NCBI GenBank assembly: GCA_964016885.1
Contig: OZ024744.1
Coordinates: forward strand, 68,014,001 to 68,078,000
Length of the DNA: 64,000 nt
Direction: 5' to 3'
Origin: Eledone cirrhosa
Lineage: Eukaryota
Position numbers and translations under genes: made by a program. The notes beneath the pieces are model-generated. The model saw only the letters and a program-made list of their open reading frames with translations, searched no databases and was not told where the DNA came from. Every line of letters starts with the position of its first letter. Position 1 is the stretch's first letter. Shown in pieces: positions 13,051 through 26,029 of the stretch.

Positions 13051-13419
13051 GCTTCTGCTCCAATAAAGGCATTATTAATAGGATCCTCTCAGCATGTTGA
13101 ATCCATAAAATGTGTTATGAACAACAACAGAATCTGTATTAGGTTCTTGTGGATTTAACAATGAACAGAGCTGATTTGTGGATTTTACAATGAACAGAGC
13201 TGATTTGTGGAAGATCCGTGTTAAATTGGAATAATTTTATTCTGAGTTGTATAAAAACATTACAAATTATTCACAATTCTTTCAGAATGAAAATATAAAC
13301 ACAAATATAAACACATATAATAAATACAATTAACTATTGTTAGGAACCTTAGAAATACAACACACTAGAATACACAATCAAAGCGAGAGAAAGAAAAAAA
13401 AGGGAAACAAAAACAAAAA

Positions 13420-14040
13420 CGATGATCAATTCACCATCAAGTGCAACAATCGGTTGCATATCACAAGCACATAAAACTACTAGAACAGTTTCACCAACAG
13501 TTCATCCTGACAATCTTGATGTTCACTGGAGCACACACAGTACAGACACTGAAATATTACAAAATGCAAGTGCAGTCAACATTGAAACTCATGACCACAA
13601 ACCTCAACTCCAATGGGTAGGCCACATGGTTAGATCCAACAACAGCAGAATCCCAAAGTAAGTCATATATGGTGAATTAACCCTTTAGCATTTAAACCGA
13701 CAGTATCCAGCCAGAATTCTCTCACCTCTTTCTGTTCAAACTGGCTGTAACTGACTGCTAATACTTATGTTAAGGTATTGTTATCAAAATAAATAATATC
13801 GAAATCTCATAGATTTAATATTATGTGAAATAATTATATGAAGTAAAGCCTTTACCATGCAAATATAATAATATATATAGCGTAATTTAAATGCTAAAGG
13901 ATTAATACCTGGTGTAAGACTGCAACACAAAACAAAGCTGCGTTTCAAGGACTTTATGAAAGATTCTTTAACACTGTGTAAATTTGACCTGGCTGGAAGG
14001 TCATGACATAAGATAGAAACAAGTGACACACCAGTATATC
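13420..14040 (+). mobile_element. RTE (BovB-like) LINE 3' remnant interrupted by a MITE
   Basis: QLQWVGHMVRSNNSRIPK*VIYGEL|IPGVR...KLRFKDFMKDSL reads through once the MITE is removed. Confidence 0.7.
13677..13905 (+). mobile_element. piggyBac-type MITE with TTAA target duplication
   Basis: ggtgaaTTAA-ccctttagcattta...taaatgctaaagga-TTAAtacc; removing it restores the RTE reading frame. Confidence 0.85.
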
Positions 14041-14524
14041 TAATGGTGCAAGACTATTTCAGGAATCTGCTTGAGAAAGGGTTAACATTAAGGATGCAGC
14101 TAAGAAAGGCCAACATGTTGAGACATCTGTAACTCAGTTTATATGCAATGTATGTGGCTGAATATGCCCTGTCAAAAGCTGGCTATACAAGTTTTCCATG
14201 TTAGAATACAGAAACACCACAAGTCAAATACGAACAATTCCTAGCAGCTCATTGGGCATGTGGTACGTGTAGCAAAGAATTTTCGAATAGGTTAGAACTT
14301 ACTAAGTGTTAAAAATACATAATCATGGTCCAGACTCGACTGAAGAGCTGAATGATGATGGGATAAATATCAACATATTTTATCTAACAAAATGTACAAG
14401 TCTCTAGCAGGGCCCACAACCACCAATAGAGATATATGATTTCTCAGTGATAGTCTTATTTGTCAACGATAGTCTTAAGTTGATAGCTATATATATGTAT
14501 GCATGTATGTATATATATGTATGC

Positions 14525-14580
<56 letters not shown>

Positions 14581-14583
<3 letters not shown>

Positions 14584-14831
14584 AAAGTTCTATTTAAATT
14601 GTTGGGATACAACAAGCAAATATTTTTATAACTGATATAAAGCACTCGACAAGTATTTGGAGTATATATACGATATTAACAGATGGAAACTATATTTATA
14701 AAACCATATTTATTTTATTATACATATTTCAAGGATACCATGTTAAATTATGGTATGCCTTCATCAGACAAAATACAATATATACCAGTTTTATAAAAGT
14801 TTTATAAATATAGTTTCCATTTGTTAATATC

Positions 14832-14835
<4 letters not shown>
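14581..14835. mobile_element. Miniature Naiad-type PLE terminal (pLTR) insertion with inversion, in (TA)n
   Basis: 14581-14800 is homologous to 32900-33120; 14800-14833 is an inverted copy of 14671-14704. Confidence 0.8.
14711..14775 (-). ncRNA. Minimal type I hammerhead ribozyme
   Basis: Minus strand: tattttgt-CTGATGA-agg c ataccat..atggtat c ctt-GAAA-tatgta-TA-ataaaata. Confidence 0.8.
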
Positions 14836-14870
<35 letters not shown>

Positions 14871-15226
14871 TGTATGCATGTATGTATGTATGTATATATG
14901 TATGCATATATTTATGTATGCATGTATGTATATGTGAATACATGTATGTATGTAAATATATATGTATATATGCATGTATGTATGCCTGTTAATATGTACA
15001 TTTGTATACATGTATGTATGTATGGATGTAAATATATATGTATGTATGTATGTCTGTCTGTTAATATGTACATATCTATACGTGTATGTATGTATGCATG
15101 GATGCATGCATGTATGCATGTATGTATGTATGTGTATGAATGTACGTATGTATGTGTAAATATATATGTATGCATGTATGTATGCATGTATATATGTATA
15201 TAAGTAATCTATGTATTGTATGTATG

Positions 15227-15264
<38 letters not shown>

Positions 15265-15297
15265 AATATGTAGGTTTGTATGTAAGTATATATATAT
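14835..15297. repeat. Compound (TA)n/(TATG)n microsatellite
   Basis: Direct inspection. Confidence 0.95.
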
Positions 15298-15626
15298 CAT
15301 CATCATTTAATTTTACGTCCACTTTTCCCTGTTTGCAAGGGTGGGACGGGAACTGATTCTGGCTTGATTTCTACAGCTGGATGCCCTTCCTAACACCAAC
15401 CTCATTTACAGTGAGTGCTGGGTGCTTTTTTGCCGTGGCACCTCCACGACCACTTTGCAGTGGAATGATATGGACCCCAGTCCCTATCATCTCATTTCTA
15501 CAGCTGAGTAAACTGGAGCAATGTGAAATAAAGTGTCTTGCTCAAGGAAACAACACATCACCCGGTCTGAGAATTGAACTCACAACCTTTCGATTGCAAG
15601 GCCAATGCACTAACCACAAAGCCATG
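15297..15626 (-). mobile_element. Full SINE family B: tRNA-like head, CORE-like body, RTE-derived tail
   Basis: Near-identical to 23998-24330; tail ttttacgtccacttttccctg(t/c)ttgcaagggtgggacggg matches the RTE 3' end at 52470-52515. Confidence 0.85.
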
Positions 15627-15894
15627 AATATATATATGTATGTATGTTCAAAGGTTAACATCTAATAATTGTAATAGTAATTTCCTTATTTCCTCTGCAC
15701 TTATATAACTGTGACAAAATAAATATTAAATTCCTTACATTATAAAGGATGTTTCACAGTTCTTTTGATGTTAAGTAGAAATAATAGTGTTTGAAGTAAT
15801 AATAACATTATTAAAACGAAAACAGAAACAATAATAACTACCAGCCTAATATAGTTCCGAGGTGAATAAGGTTCACTAAAACTCTACCATAACC

Positions 15895-15929
<35 letters not shown>

Positions 15930-16066
15930 AACTAGCTGTCGAAACAGCCAGAGCTCAGCCATCAGGGTCCTGACCCTTTTCCTATTACCTACTCTACAAC
16001 CCATAGTATCGAGTACTCTGGTGTGTTATGGTCCACCTGATTCCTTACCACACTTCTTTCGTTATA
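15930..16066 (+). repeat. Dispersed ~135-bp repeat ending in (TA)n, probable PLE 3' end
   Basis: gtcgaaac..gagctc...gagtactctggtgtg...ccttaccacacttc; homologues at 25860-25990 (+) and 38960-39085 (-). Confidence 0.6.
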
Positions 16067-16070
16067 TATA

Positions 16071-16962
16071 CAGGGTGCGGACGATATTTGTTCGCAAGAT
16101 TACTGTCTAGGAGAAAGTAACACAGTAGTTTTATTTTTTAAGATATATTTATCAAACTTGGGTCAGTTTGTCTTCATGACTTTTTCTTTCGATCTCACTC
16201 GATAAACCCGCCATTGGCTTTGATGACGGCCTCAAGGCGGCCTCAGAACCGGCTACAGGCCTTCGTCACTGTCCCCCAACTTAGGGCCCTAAAGGCACTT
16301 GTGATCCTGGCCTTCAGATCATCTTTCGTATTGCAGCTAGATCTGTTGGTGTCTCGTTCCACTGCACCCCACACAACGAAGTCGAGGGGGTTGCAGTCAG
16401 GCGAGCTGGGAGGCCAGATGTCAGGTGAAGTGTGGTCGACGAAGTTCTCTGACAGCCAGGCTTGGTTCTTTCCGCTGGTGTGGCAGGGCGCTGAGTCTTG
16501 CTGCCACACGTATGGCCTAACTGCAGCTACCTGGTCGATCCAGGGCTTTACTACCTCGCTCAGAACGCGGATGTAGCCATCGGTGTTCAGCTTGAGGCCC
16601 TCAGGGAAGAAGTGAGGTGGAATGACGTCACCTTGACTACTGACGACACCTAAGACCAATGTTGTCGCTGGAAACTTTGTCTGCATGACTCTGGGCACGT
16701 CTTTGGATGAGACAGCGAGCCACCTGTTGTTCTGGGAGTTGATCTTCTGGTCTTATTTGCCCTCCCGGCACGGATTCCAAGAAGAACTCCATGTCTCTTC
16801 CACAAATTTGGAGGTTCAAAATTATTCATAATCAATTATTCTGAAAATAAATCATGGAAATATAGTCACTGTTTTTATGAAGACAAGAGTGACAACGGAA
16901 GTAAAAAAAATTTGCATAAAATTAGCAGTTGAAAATTGCGAACAAATATCATCCACACCCTG
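16071..16962 (-). mobile_element. Internally deleted DD37D (maT) Tc1/mariner transposon
   Basis: TIRs cagggtgcggacgatatttgttcgcaa / ttgcgaacaaatatcatccacaccctg with TA TSD; ORF 16243-16698 has QQD-x37-D (QQDSAPCH...WPPSSPDCNPLD). Confidence 0.9.
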
Positions 16963-17138
16963 TATATATATGTGTCCTTATATATATGTTCTTGAGCAAG
17001 ACACTTTATTTCACATTGTTCCTACTACCTGGAGTAGTGACCGATAGTATTAGCAACTGGAAAAATCAACAGAAATTGTTTCAGAAAGGAGGGATAAGCA
17101 TGCCAATTTATATTTAGAATCCCGAGCCTTTCTGCTAG

Positions 17139-17266
<128 letters not shown>

Positions 17267-17324
17267 CATATATACATACATATATATATATACATACATA
17301 TATATTTATATATATGTATGTATT

Positions 17325-19190
17325 CAGAGGCATTAAATTAATCGACCAGGTCATGAAGGTCACGGAAAAAGTAATAGCGCAACTAATCAGAGAGAGAATT
17401 GACCTAGATGAAATGCAGTTCGGGTTTGTGTCAGGAAAAAGTACCACAGACGCTCTTTTCATAGTACGACAACTACAGGAGAAGTACCTAGCTAAAGGTA
17501 AACCCCTCTACTTAGCTTTTGTCGACCTGGAGAAAGCCTTCGACAGAGTCCCCCGCTCCATTATCTGGTGGGCTCTTAGAAAACTAGGCGTTGACGAATG
17601 GCTTGTGAGGGCTATACAAGCCATGTATAAAGAAACAGTCAGCAAGGTTAGAATTAACAACGAATATAGTGAAGAGTTTAGCGTAAAAGTTGGCGTCCAT
17701 CAGGGCTCTGTTCTCAGCCCCCTACTATTTATTATTGCCCTTCAGGCTATAACAGATGAGTTCAAGACAGGCTGCCCATGGGAACTCCTATACGCAGACG
17801 ACCTGACACTCATAGCGGAATCAATGGCCGAGCTAGAGAAGAAATTCCAAACATGGAAGCACGGCCTAGAGTCAAAAGGACTTAAAATTAACCTGGCTAA
17901 GACCAAAGTTCTAGTTTGTAGGAAAGAAAACAAGGCGGCGGTCCCTTCTGGGAAATGGTCGTGCTCGGTGTGTAGGAAAGGCGTAGGTAGAAACTCCATT
18001 TTATGTCCTAAATGCAAAGTATGGGTGCATAAAAGATGTAGTGGGATCACAGGTAAGCTAACTAAGAACATAGATTTTACATGTGGCCGGTGTTCTGGTG
18101 CAATAAGTAGCAGCAAGTGCCCACAAAATACTAGCTCTTTCAATTGCGCAGAGGGTTCTATAGAAATAGTGGACAGCTTCCGTTACCTGGGCGATAAAAT
18201 CAGCAGTGGGGGAGGGTGCTCTGAAAGTACTGTAGCTAGAGTCAGAACTGGTTGGAAAAAGTTCAGAGAGCTTATACCACTATTAGCTGCTAAAGGGTTC
18301 TCCCTAAAAATGAAAGGCAGGTTGTACGATGCCTGCATACGAACAGCAATGTTGCATGGCAGTGAGACCTGGGCATTGTGTGCAGAGGATATACGCAGAC
18401 TAGAGAGGAACGAAGCTTGCATGCTCCGCTGGATGTGTAACAGTAATATACGTGAACGGCAAAGCAGAAACGAACTAAGGAAAAAATTAGAGATAAGAGG
18501 GATCAGATGTTGTTTACTCGAGAGAAGGCTACGTTGGTATGGACACGTGATGCGCATGAAAGTCGATAGCTGTATAACAAAGTGCAGGGCAATAAAGATA
18601 GACGGTAGTCACGGAATAGGCAGACCTAGAAAAACCTGGGACGAGCTGATAAACTCCGACATCACACACTTACACCTCTCCAAGACAATGTCACTGGACC
18701 GAGACCTTTGGTGGTACTCAGTAACAGAGAAGACCCGCCTTACCTAAATATATATAGTAAAACCTACTCCAGCCAGTAGGCATCTCTAACAAAATACACC
18801 CCGTTCCACCACCACCACCCCCACCCCATCCACACCCCGTTCCACCCCCACCACCCCCACCACCCCCACCCCATCCACACCACCCCGTTCTATGTAAAGT
18901 TATGTTGGTGCCGCGCCATCCAGGCCGAAACAAATGAGATCGTGTAGGTGTCACGACAAAAAAACACACAGTCCACGCTGTAATGTGGCCGTGTAGGCAA
19001 CACGGTAAAAACCTCCCAGACCCACGCTGTAAATGTGGTTGGTGTTAGGAAGGGCATCCAACTGTAGAAAACCTGCCAGACAGTCCTATGCGAGCAAGAC
19101 AATCACTCTAGCCTCAAGTGGGACTACCCCCGTCCAAACCCATGCAAGCGTGGAACACGGGACGTTAAACGTTGATGATGATGATGATGA
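17325..19190 (+). mobile_element. 5'-truncated young RTE LINE
   Basis: Uninterrupted RT ORF, 3' UTR with (CCACCC)n and (GAT)n tail; begins directly after a (TA)n tract. Confidence 0.95.
17326..18747 (+). CDS. RTE reverse transcriptase, C-terminal ~470 aa, with PHD-like Cys/His insertion
   Basis: [65 protein letters not shown]; no stops; the listed Met lies in the microsatellite. Confidence 0.9.
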   Translation, partial: RGIKLIDQVMKVTEKVIAQLIRERIDLDEMQFGFVSGKSTTDALFIVRQLQEKYLAKGKPLYLAFVDLEKAFDRVPRSIIWWALRKLGVDEWLVRAIQAMYKETVSKVRINNEYSEEFSVKVGVHQGSVLSPLLFIIALQAITDEFKTGCPWELLYADDLTLIAESMAELEKKFQTWKHGLESKGLKINLAKTKVLVCRKENKAAVPSGKWSCSVCRKGVGRNSILCPKCKVWVHKRCSGITGKLTKNIDFTCGRCSGAISSSKCPQNTSSFNCAEGSIEIVDSFRYLGDKISSGGGCSESTVARVRTGWKKFRELIPLLAAKGFSLKMKGRLYDACIRTAMLHGSETWALCAEDIRRLERNEACMLRWMCNSNIRERQSRNELRKKLEIRGIRCCLLERRLRWYGHVMRMKVDSCITKCRAIKIDGSHGIGRPRKTWDELINSDITHLHLSKTMSLDRDLWWYSVTEKTRLT

Positions 19191-19192
19191 TA

Positions 19193-19276
19193 CAGGGTGT
19201 TCCCAAAAAATATATACACCATTGTAATAAATATTGCTTGTACAGGTAATCAAAGTGTGAATACATTTTTTGTAAC

Positions 19277-19281
<5 letters not shown>
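19193..19281. mobile_element. Tiny Tc1/mariner-type MITE
   Basis: TA-cagggtgttcccaaaaaatatatacac...gtgtgaatacattttttgtaacacctt-ATA, imperfect TIRs. Confidence 0.55.
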
Positions 19282-19329
<48 letters not shown>

Positions 19330-19360
19330 AGTGTAATTTTCTACACAAAACGAAGGTTAT

Positions 19361-19691
19361 AGAGAAAATTGAGGTTGGTAATGGCACATGGAATATATAA
19401 GAGACAGAATACTTTTTTGTGAAAAAACATAATTTTATAAGGTAAGGAAATAATAAAGGGTATAAAAAATGACCGGTTTCGATGGGTCTGCAAAAGCCAT
19501 CTTTTCAAATGTTGATTAATATTAATTTTTCTTAATATTAATCAACATTTGAAAAGATGGCTTTTGCAGACCCATCGAAACCGGTCATTTTTTATACCCT
19601 TTATTATTTCCTTACCTTATAAAATTATGTTTTTTCACAAAAAAGTATTCTGTCTCTTATATATTCCATGTGCCATTACCAACCTCAATTT

Positions 19692-19696
<5 letters not shown>
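19361..19696. repeat. Palindrome with 165-bp arms and 6-nt loop, between (TA)n tracts
   Basis: 19361-19525 is the reverse complement of 19532-19696; no mismatch seen. Confidence 0.95.
19544..19591 (+). ncRNA. Candidate hammerhead ribozyme with U3-A8 core variant (mirror copy at 19466-19513, minus strand)
   Basis: TTGAAAA-gatgg..ccatc-GAAA-ccgg-TC; stem II and palindromic stem III good, stem I weak. Confidence 0.45.
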
Positions 19697-19727
<31 letters not shown>

Positions 19728-19730
<3 letters not shown>

Positions 19731-20970
19731 TCATCACCATCATCCTCACTTTGACATCCGTTTTTCCTTGCTTGCATGGGTTGGACAAATCCTTTTCAGC
19801 ACACCCTACTCATCGCGTTACTTCGTCATCACCTCTGTGAGTCTCAGTGACTTGAGATCAGTTCTCACCACCTTCACCCTGGCCTTCCTTGGTCTACCTC
19901 TAGCTGCTGCTTCCCTCCACTGGGATTTCCTGGCACTTCTTCACCCAGAGATCATCATTCATGTGCATCATGTCTTTACCAATGCAGTCTTGTCTCTTGT
20001 GCCCCACTTTGGATTCCTCTTAGCCCCAGTTTCTCCCTCAGTTCTTCTAGGCTCTACCTTTCTCTCACATTTACATTGCATATCAGATGAAGCATGGCTG
20101 CTTTATTTCTCTCCAGCCCACACATGTCTTCTGCATAAGTTTCACCACTATGCAACATCGCATTTCGTACACAGGTGTTATACAGTCATCTTTTTGTATG
20201 TAGGTAGAAACCTTTGTTATCAAGTGGGAGTGGCTCTCTAAACATCTTCCATTCTATCATTATTCTAGTTACTAGCAGAAAAACCACCATTCGGGTGGTT
20301 TTCTGCTAGCATGTATAGTGTGTATATTGATATTATACGCAAGTATATATACATGTAGATATGATACATCAAATAAAATCGTAATTGAAATATACACGGA
20401 AATTGAACGAAGACTGTGTTCCACTGTCTTATGTAATCAGTAACGTAATCCATGATACATTAAAAAAAGATGATATTATATATAAACTGCATTAGGAGAA
20501 AATTAGTGACAGAAATATATGAATGTTTATTTAAGCGATCGCTAACTGGAAGTGTTGACATTGGAAAATTTTAAAGAAGTGAATCTTTAAATAAACAATA
20601 AAATATATTTAAACAACAGCTACGAAATTGAGTAGATAAATTATGTAATATTCATTCATTATTTATTCAAAGTAATCCAACTTATTTTACTAAGGGGATA
20701 AATTATAAACCGTACGCAGTCCCACACTTCTTACTTTTAGATTGTGCTCTCAGAACATCCTCCTCTATTACTAATTAAGTTACCCAGATAGCAGAAGCTA
20801 TCAGCCACTTCTATGAATCCTTCATGTGGTTGGAAAAGGTCTATATTCCTGACACTCTTCCCCTCAATTACTCCTGTGCCTCTTTTACATACAAGGTTAT
20901 CCTTTTCTCTTAGTCTACTTGTTATCACACTACATCTCTTGTGTACCTAAGATTTATATTGTGTACATTG
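19728..20970 (-). mobile_element. Degenerate RTE LINE 3' part, split by a mini-Helitron
   Basis: (CAT)n tail at 19728; IEVADSFCYLG...GGCSESTI|TRI..WKMFRE rejoins across 20272-20741. Confidence 0.8.
20272..20741 (-). mobile_element. Non-autonomous Helitron (470 bp)
   Basis: Minus strand A|TCtaaaag...hairpin aaaccacccgaatggtggttt...tgCTAG|T; inserted at an AT dinucleotide without TSD; removal restores RTE codons ESTITRI. Confidence 0.85.
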
Positions 20971-20979
20971 CATAGAGAT

Positions 20980-21410
20980 ACCAACACTACCATTTCACAG
21001 AGTGAACTGGGTGCTTCTAGCATTACCATTTTACAGAGTGGGCATTTTATCATGGAACCTGCACTACCATTTTACAGACTGGACTGGGTGCTTTTTACCA
21101 TGGCACCAGTACTACCACTATACAGTGGGGACTGGGTGCTTTTTTACCATGGCACCAGTACTACCACTATACAGTGGGGACTGGGTGCTTTTTTACCATG
21201 GCATTAGCACTACCATTTTACTGCATGGACTGGGTGCTTTTTATCATAGCACAGCACTAACATTTTACAGAGAGAACTGGGTGCATTTTATCATATGGCA
21301 CCTGTTCTATAATTTTATAGAAAGCTGGGTGGTTTTTATTGTGGCACCAGCAATACCATTTTGTAGAGTGGACTGGGTGTATTTTATCATGGCGCTATCA
21401 CTACAAGTAC
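20980..21410. repeat. ~41-bp minisatellite (~10 units)
   Basis: cactaccattttacagagtggactgggtgctttttaccatggcaccag units, head to tail; related to the 4960-5340 array. Confidence 0.9.
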
Positions 21411-22204
21411 TGTAATAAGAAACAGAATGTAATGAAAGGACCAGATGGAGGAAAAGTTAAAACAATATTGGAAACATTTTATTCTTACAAACATAAAAAA
21501 ATGTTCACATGAATACAATATCTTCTTCTTCTTCCAGGAAAGCTCGTGGATGTTATCCAGCCTTTTGTTATAAAACCTTTTACTTTACTTCACACTTGAA
21601 TATTTATCAGAAAAATTGATTCACCCCCAAATAATATGAAGAAAAATTTGGATAAATTTTATGAACCTTTAATAGGGTTTTAATGAAAATTTGATAGAAA
21701 AATAATAAATCAAATAAATTTGTTAACAAATTTAATGAGAAGATAATGATTAGGGGGAGAAATAGGGAGAACCAAGATGTTATCCTTATATTTTCAACCA
21801 ATCAATTCCTGAGAGGGTCATAGTGATAGTGGCAGAGTCTTCAAACACTCATTCCAGTTGACCCAGCTGGATCCCCAGGTTCGACCAGCCAAGCTCATGG
21901 ATGTTATCCAACCATCTTGCTCAGGCCTAATCCTGCTGATTGGTTTTGCCCATAAAATGTCCAGCAATTCTTTCCTGAGAGATTCTATTCATGTCCGTAG
22001 TATCAGAACTGTGATCTCTCTATTCAGAGGAGCAGCCGCTCTACCTGGAATGACTATCTGATCTCCAAGCTACGCACTCCATTGAGTTATGTTAATCCAT
22101 GGGGAAAAATACCATGATGTTTAATTATATAACTTTCTGGTATTATCAATTGCTCATTAAATAAGACAAAACTTAGATTAGATAATGGTTTATCATTTAG
22201 GTAA

Positions 22205-23278
22205 AAGGTCAACAATTTTGAGAGAGGGTAATGTTGACTAAATTGCCCCCAGTGTATGACTGATACTTTATTTTATGGACTCCATAAGAATGAAAGGCAA
22301 AGCTAACCTCGGTGGGATTTGAACTCATAAAGTAAAGGGCTGTAATTATATACTGCAAACAATTTATGTTGTCCAACGTCCTACCAATACTGCCTTTAAC
22401 CGTTTAGGATTTACATTACTCTATATTTACTATTGTATTTTCATGGTAAAGGCTTTATCTTACATAATTATCTCATATAATATTGAATCTACAAGATTTT
22501 GATATTATTTATTTTGAGAACAATACCTTAACGTCAGCATGAACAGCCGGTTTAAATGCTAAAGGGTTAACTTAGATTAGATAATGATTTTCACTTTGAA
22601 GGAATAATTTTATATATGAATAATATGATTTCTAATTTAAGCACAAAACCAACTCTGTGTGGGTAGTCTATAATATCAACCCTAGTACTTTACTGGTACT
22701 TTATTTTATCGAATTCAGGAGGGAGAAAGGCAAAGTCGACCTCCGCAAAATTTGAATTCAGAACATGAAGAGTCGTAATTAAATACTGCAAAGCATTTTG
22801 TTAGATGCTCTACTGGTTCTGCCAAGTGTTGTTGTGAGGAATGTAGTATATGTGACTCCAAAGACATAATATTCAATGATGTGACATTAATAAGGATATC
22901 TAATTTAGGCACAAGGCCAGTAATTTTGAGGGGGGAGGGGAAAATCGACTAAATCGACTCCAGTGCGTGACTGGTATTTTATTTTATCAACCCCGTAAGG
23001 ATGAAAGGCAAATTTAACCTTGGCAGGATTTGAAATCAGAATGTAAAGAGCCATAACTCAATGCTGTAAAGCCTGGTGTCTGCTGCTCTACTGATACTGC
23101 TAATCGACTGCCCCAAGAATTAAAGCCCTTTATGTTCTGAGTTCAAATCCAGCTGAGGTTAGCTTTGCATCTCACGGAGTCAATAAAATAAAGTACCAGT
23201 AATGCACTGGAGTCAATTCAATCGAATTTCATCTCTCCCAAAATTGCAGGCCTTGTGCCTATATTAGACACAATTATT
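22205..23278. mobile_element. Cluster of four SINE family A copies plus a piggyBac-type MITE (22396-22570)
   Basis: Minus-strand copies at ~22205-22395, 22640-22825, 22900-23115; plus-strand copy ~23120-23278; MITE bounded by ttaacc...gggttaa. Confidence 0.75.
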
Positions 23279-23997
23279 AGTCCCTCTTCTTGTTCATATG
23301 TCAATAAAAATTTTCCCTACTTCATCTCGTTGCACCAATTAACTAATTAACGGGTTAACATGAAGGAACATGTCACATATTTGAAAGTCTGTCTTCCCTA
23401 AAACTTTCCAAGACAACACACCCAGAAAGGATTCTTAATTAACAATTACATGACTTCTGCATATCAGACAAGTAATTACCTCGGGTTTATTATTTAGTTA
23501 ATTGGATATTGCATTTCTCATCTTTATCAATTTGGTTGTATGTGTGTGGCGAGGAGTATGTGTCTATGTGTATGTCGGTGTATGTACATGTGTGTATGTG
23601 TTTCGTTTTGCATTTTTTAATATTTTATTGCAAAGATTTACTGGTATAGAGTTAAATGTTTTTGTGTATGCATATGTGTGTATATATATATATTTCATCA
23701 TCATCATTTAATGACTATCTTCCACCCTAGCATGGGCTAAGGTGGAAGATAGACATACACATAGACACATACTCCATTATGCAAGATTGATTGGGTGACT
23801 GTGTCTTGCTCGTATAGGACTGTATCTGGCAGGTTTTCTACAGCTGGGTGCCCTTCCTAACACCAACCAGATTTACAGTGTGAACTGGGAGCCTTTTTAC
23901 CATGTCTCCTACATGACCACTTTACAGCATGGACTGAGTGCTGATGATGATATATATATGTATATATGTGTGTGTGTATGTGTGTGTGTGTGTGTAT

Positions 23998-24330
23998 ATC
24001 ATCATCATTTTACGTCCACTTTTCCCTGCTTGCAAGGGTGGGACGGGAACTGATTCTGGCTTGATTTCTACAGCTGGATGCCCTTCCTAACACCAACCTC
24101 ATTTACAGTGAGTGCTGGGTGCTTTTTTGCCGTGGCACCTCCATGACCACTTTGCAGTGGAATGATAGGGAACCCAGTCCTATCATCTCATTTCTACAGC
24201 TGAGTAAACTGGAGCAATGTGATATAAAGTGTCTTGCTCAAGGAAACAACACATCACCCGGTCTGAGAATTGAACTCACAACCTTTCGATTGCAAAGCCA
24301 ATGCTCTAACCACTAAGCCATGTTCCTCCA
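23998..24330 (-). mobile_element. Full SINE family B with RTE-derived tail
   Basis: Near-identical to 15297-15626. Confidence 0.85.
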
Positions 24331-25719
24331 TTACCCATGTGCCTCCCTATATATATATATATGCATGTATGTAAGCCTGTATGCATGGAAACATGGAAAT
24401 ACTCAGTTTGGTACCCAAGTGCGCAGTTAGCCCACCGGGAGTGAAATGCCCCTAGATCTTGTTAGGACATCATTCTAGGAAAACACTTATATAAAGCTTA
24501 CGACTCAATGGCAGTCAATGATGTTGACCTGTTCTTCTTTTTCGATAATTGTCACCATTGTTCAGAGAGTAGAATTGGTCCAGTGCAAGGATTTTCTTTA
24601 CTTAAAAAAAAACTTCAAGCATAGATATGATGTGTGTTGTGTGAGCATGGCCTTTTCTTTTTTTAATTTGCTGCAGCATATACAGTAAGGAATCTAAGTA
24701 AGTCATTGGTGGGGCTAAAATGTCATGTTTGTCCAACCCATGTATAAGAAGAAGGTTAAGAAATGGTGATTCTCGAAACTGAGATGCAGCTATTGTGTAT
24801 GTATGTATATATGTATAGGTCAGGTGGTCAGTGACTAAACCGGCAACCTCACAAAGCTTGCTTGTTGAGGAAGGTGATATTTGGACACTCTGCGGTATGA
24901 AATACAAGTCCCGGCAAAGGGCGGAGGAACTCAGCAGAGTCAACGGCCAAATAGTACTTTTCTTTTTTTTCCTTTTTTTTTTTCACCTGGGTGTGAAGGC
25001 CCCCAGCTGTTGTCACAACATCTTTCTAAGAGAGGAAAACTCAGAAAAAAAAACCCTGTGTTTTCAGAAGCATCCGATAATGTTGACCAGTTCTCCTTTA
25101 CGGGTGGTGTTTTTGATACTCAGAGAGTGGGATTGGTCGAGTGCAAAGCCTTTCCCCACTTAAAAAACCTTCACAACACAGGCATTGCTTGTTCAGGGTA
25201 TGTTACAGGTTTATGTGGCTAGCGGTAGCCTAAAAGTGCACCAAACTCTGTAATCTGACAAGCGATTGCAGTACTCTTAGCAGAGTTTACAGCCATCATG
25301 TATGTAAGTATCTATCTATCTATTTATCATGTATGCATATACATTCTTTAATGTTTTCCTGTCCAATCTCAAATTTATATTATACCTATGTTTTTAAATT
25401 CTCTTTCTTGTATTAATTTCAGGCAGCAAATTGCTGGAGATAATTCTTCTCATGATTCTACAAATTGTCCAGAACAGAAGTAAAAACTGGTTTGAGTTCT
25501 TGTGTTATATTTTGACTGCTGTTTGCTGAAATATCTTCTGTCAGTCCAGAACTAGTTTATTTCACAAAGTAAACAACCACTGATTGCCTTTTCTTCAAAT
25601 CACCTTTGCCTGGAATGAATTTAAAACTTACATTTGTATGCCATAGTCATGCTGGAAAATAACAACGGCATTTTATATATAATATACACGAAAAAAACTT
25701 CTCACTTCAATTTCTCCCG

Positions 25720-25780
<61 letters not shown>

Positions 25781-25998
25781 TATTACATATATATGTATAT
25801 ATATACATACACACACACATTCATATATATATATATATATATGTATATGTACATACACACCGTCGAAACGGCTTGAGCTCTGCCATCGGAGTCTTGAACA
25901 TTTTCCTATTACCCACTCTACTACCCTAAGTATTGAGTACTCTGGTGTGGTATGGTCCACCTGGTTCCTTACCACACTTCCTTTGTTATATATATATG

Positions 25999-26029
<31 letters not shown>

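Noticed and set aside
18795-18890. G-quadruplex-forming or Gly-rich ORF segment
   Set aside because: Simple (CCACCC)n expansion within the RTE 3' UTR; no evidence of separate function
20980-21410. CRISPR-like periodic array
   Set aside because: Head-to-tail degenerate units with no unique spacers, no cas genes, eukaryotic context
25420-25612. Possible coding exon of a host gene
   Set aside because: All three minus-strand frames stop soon after the candidate acceptor, and no recognisable protein motif on either strand
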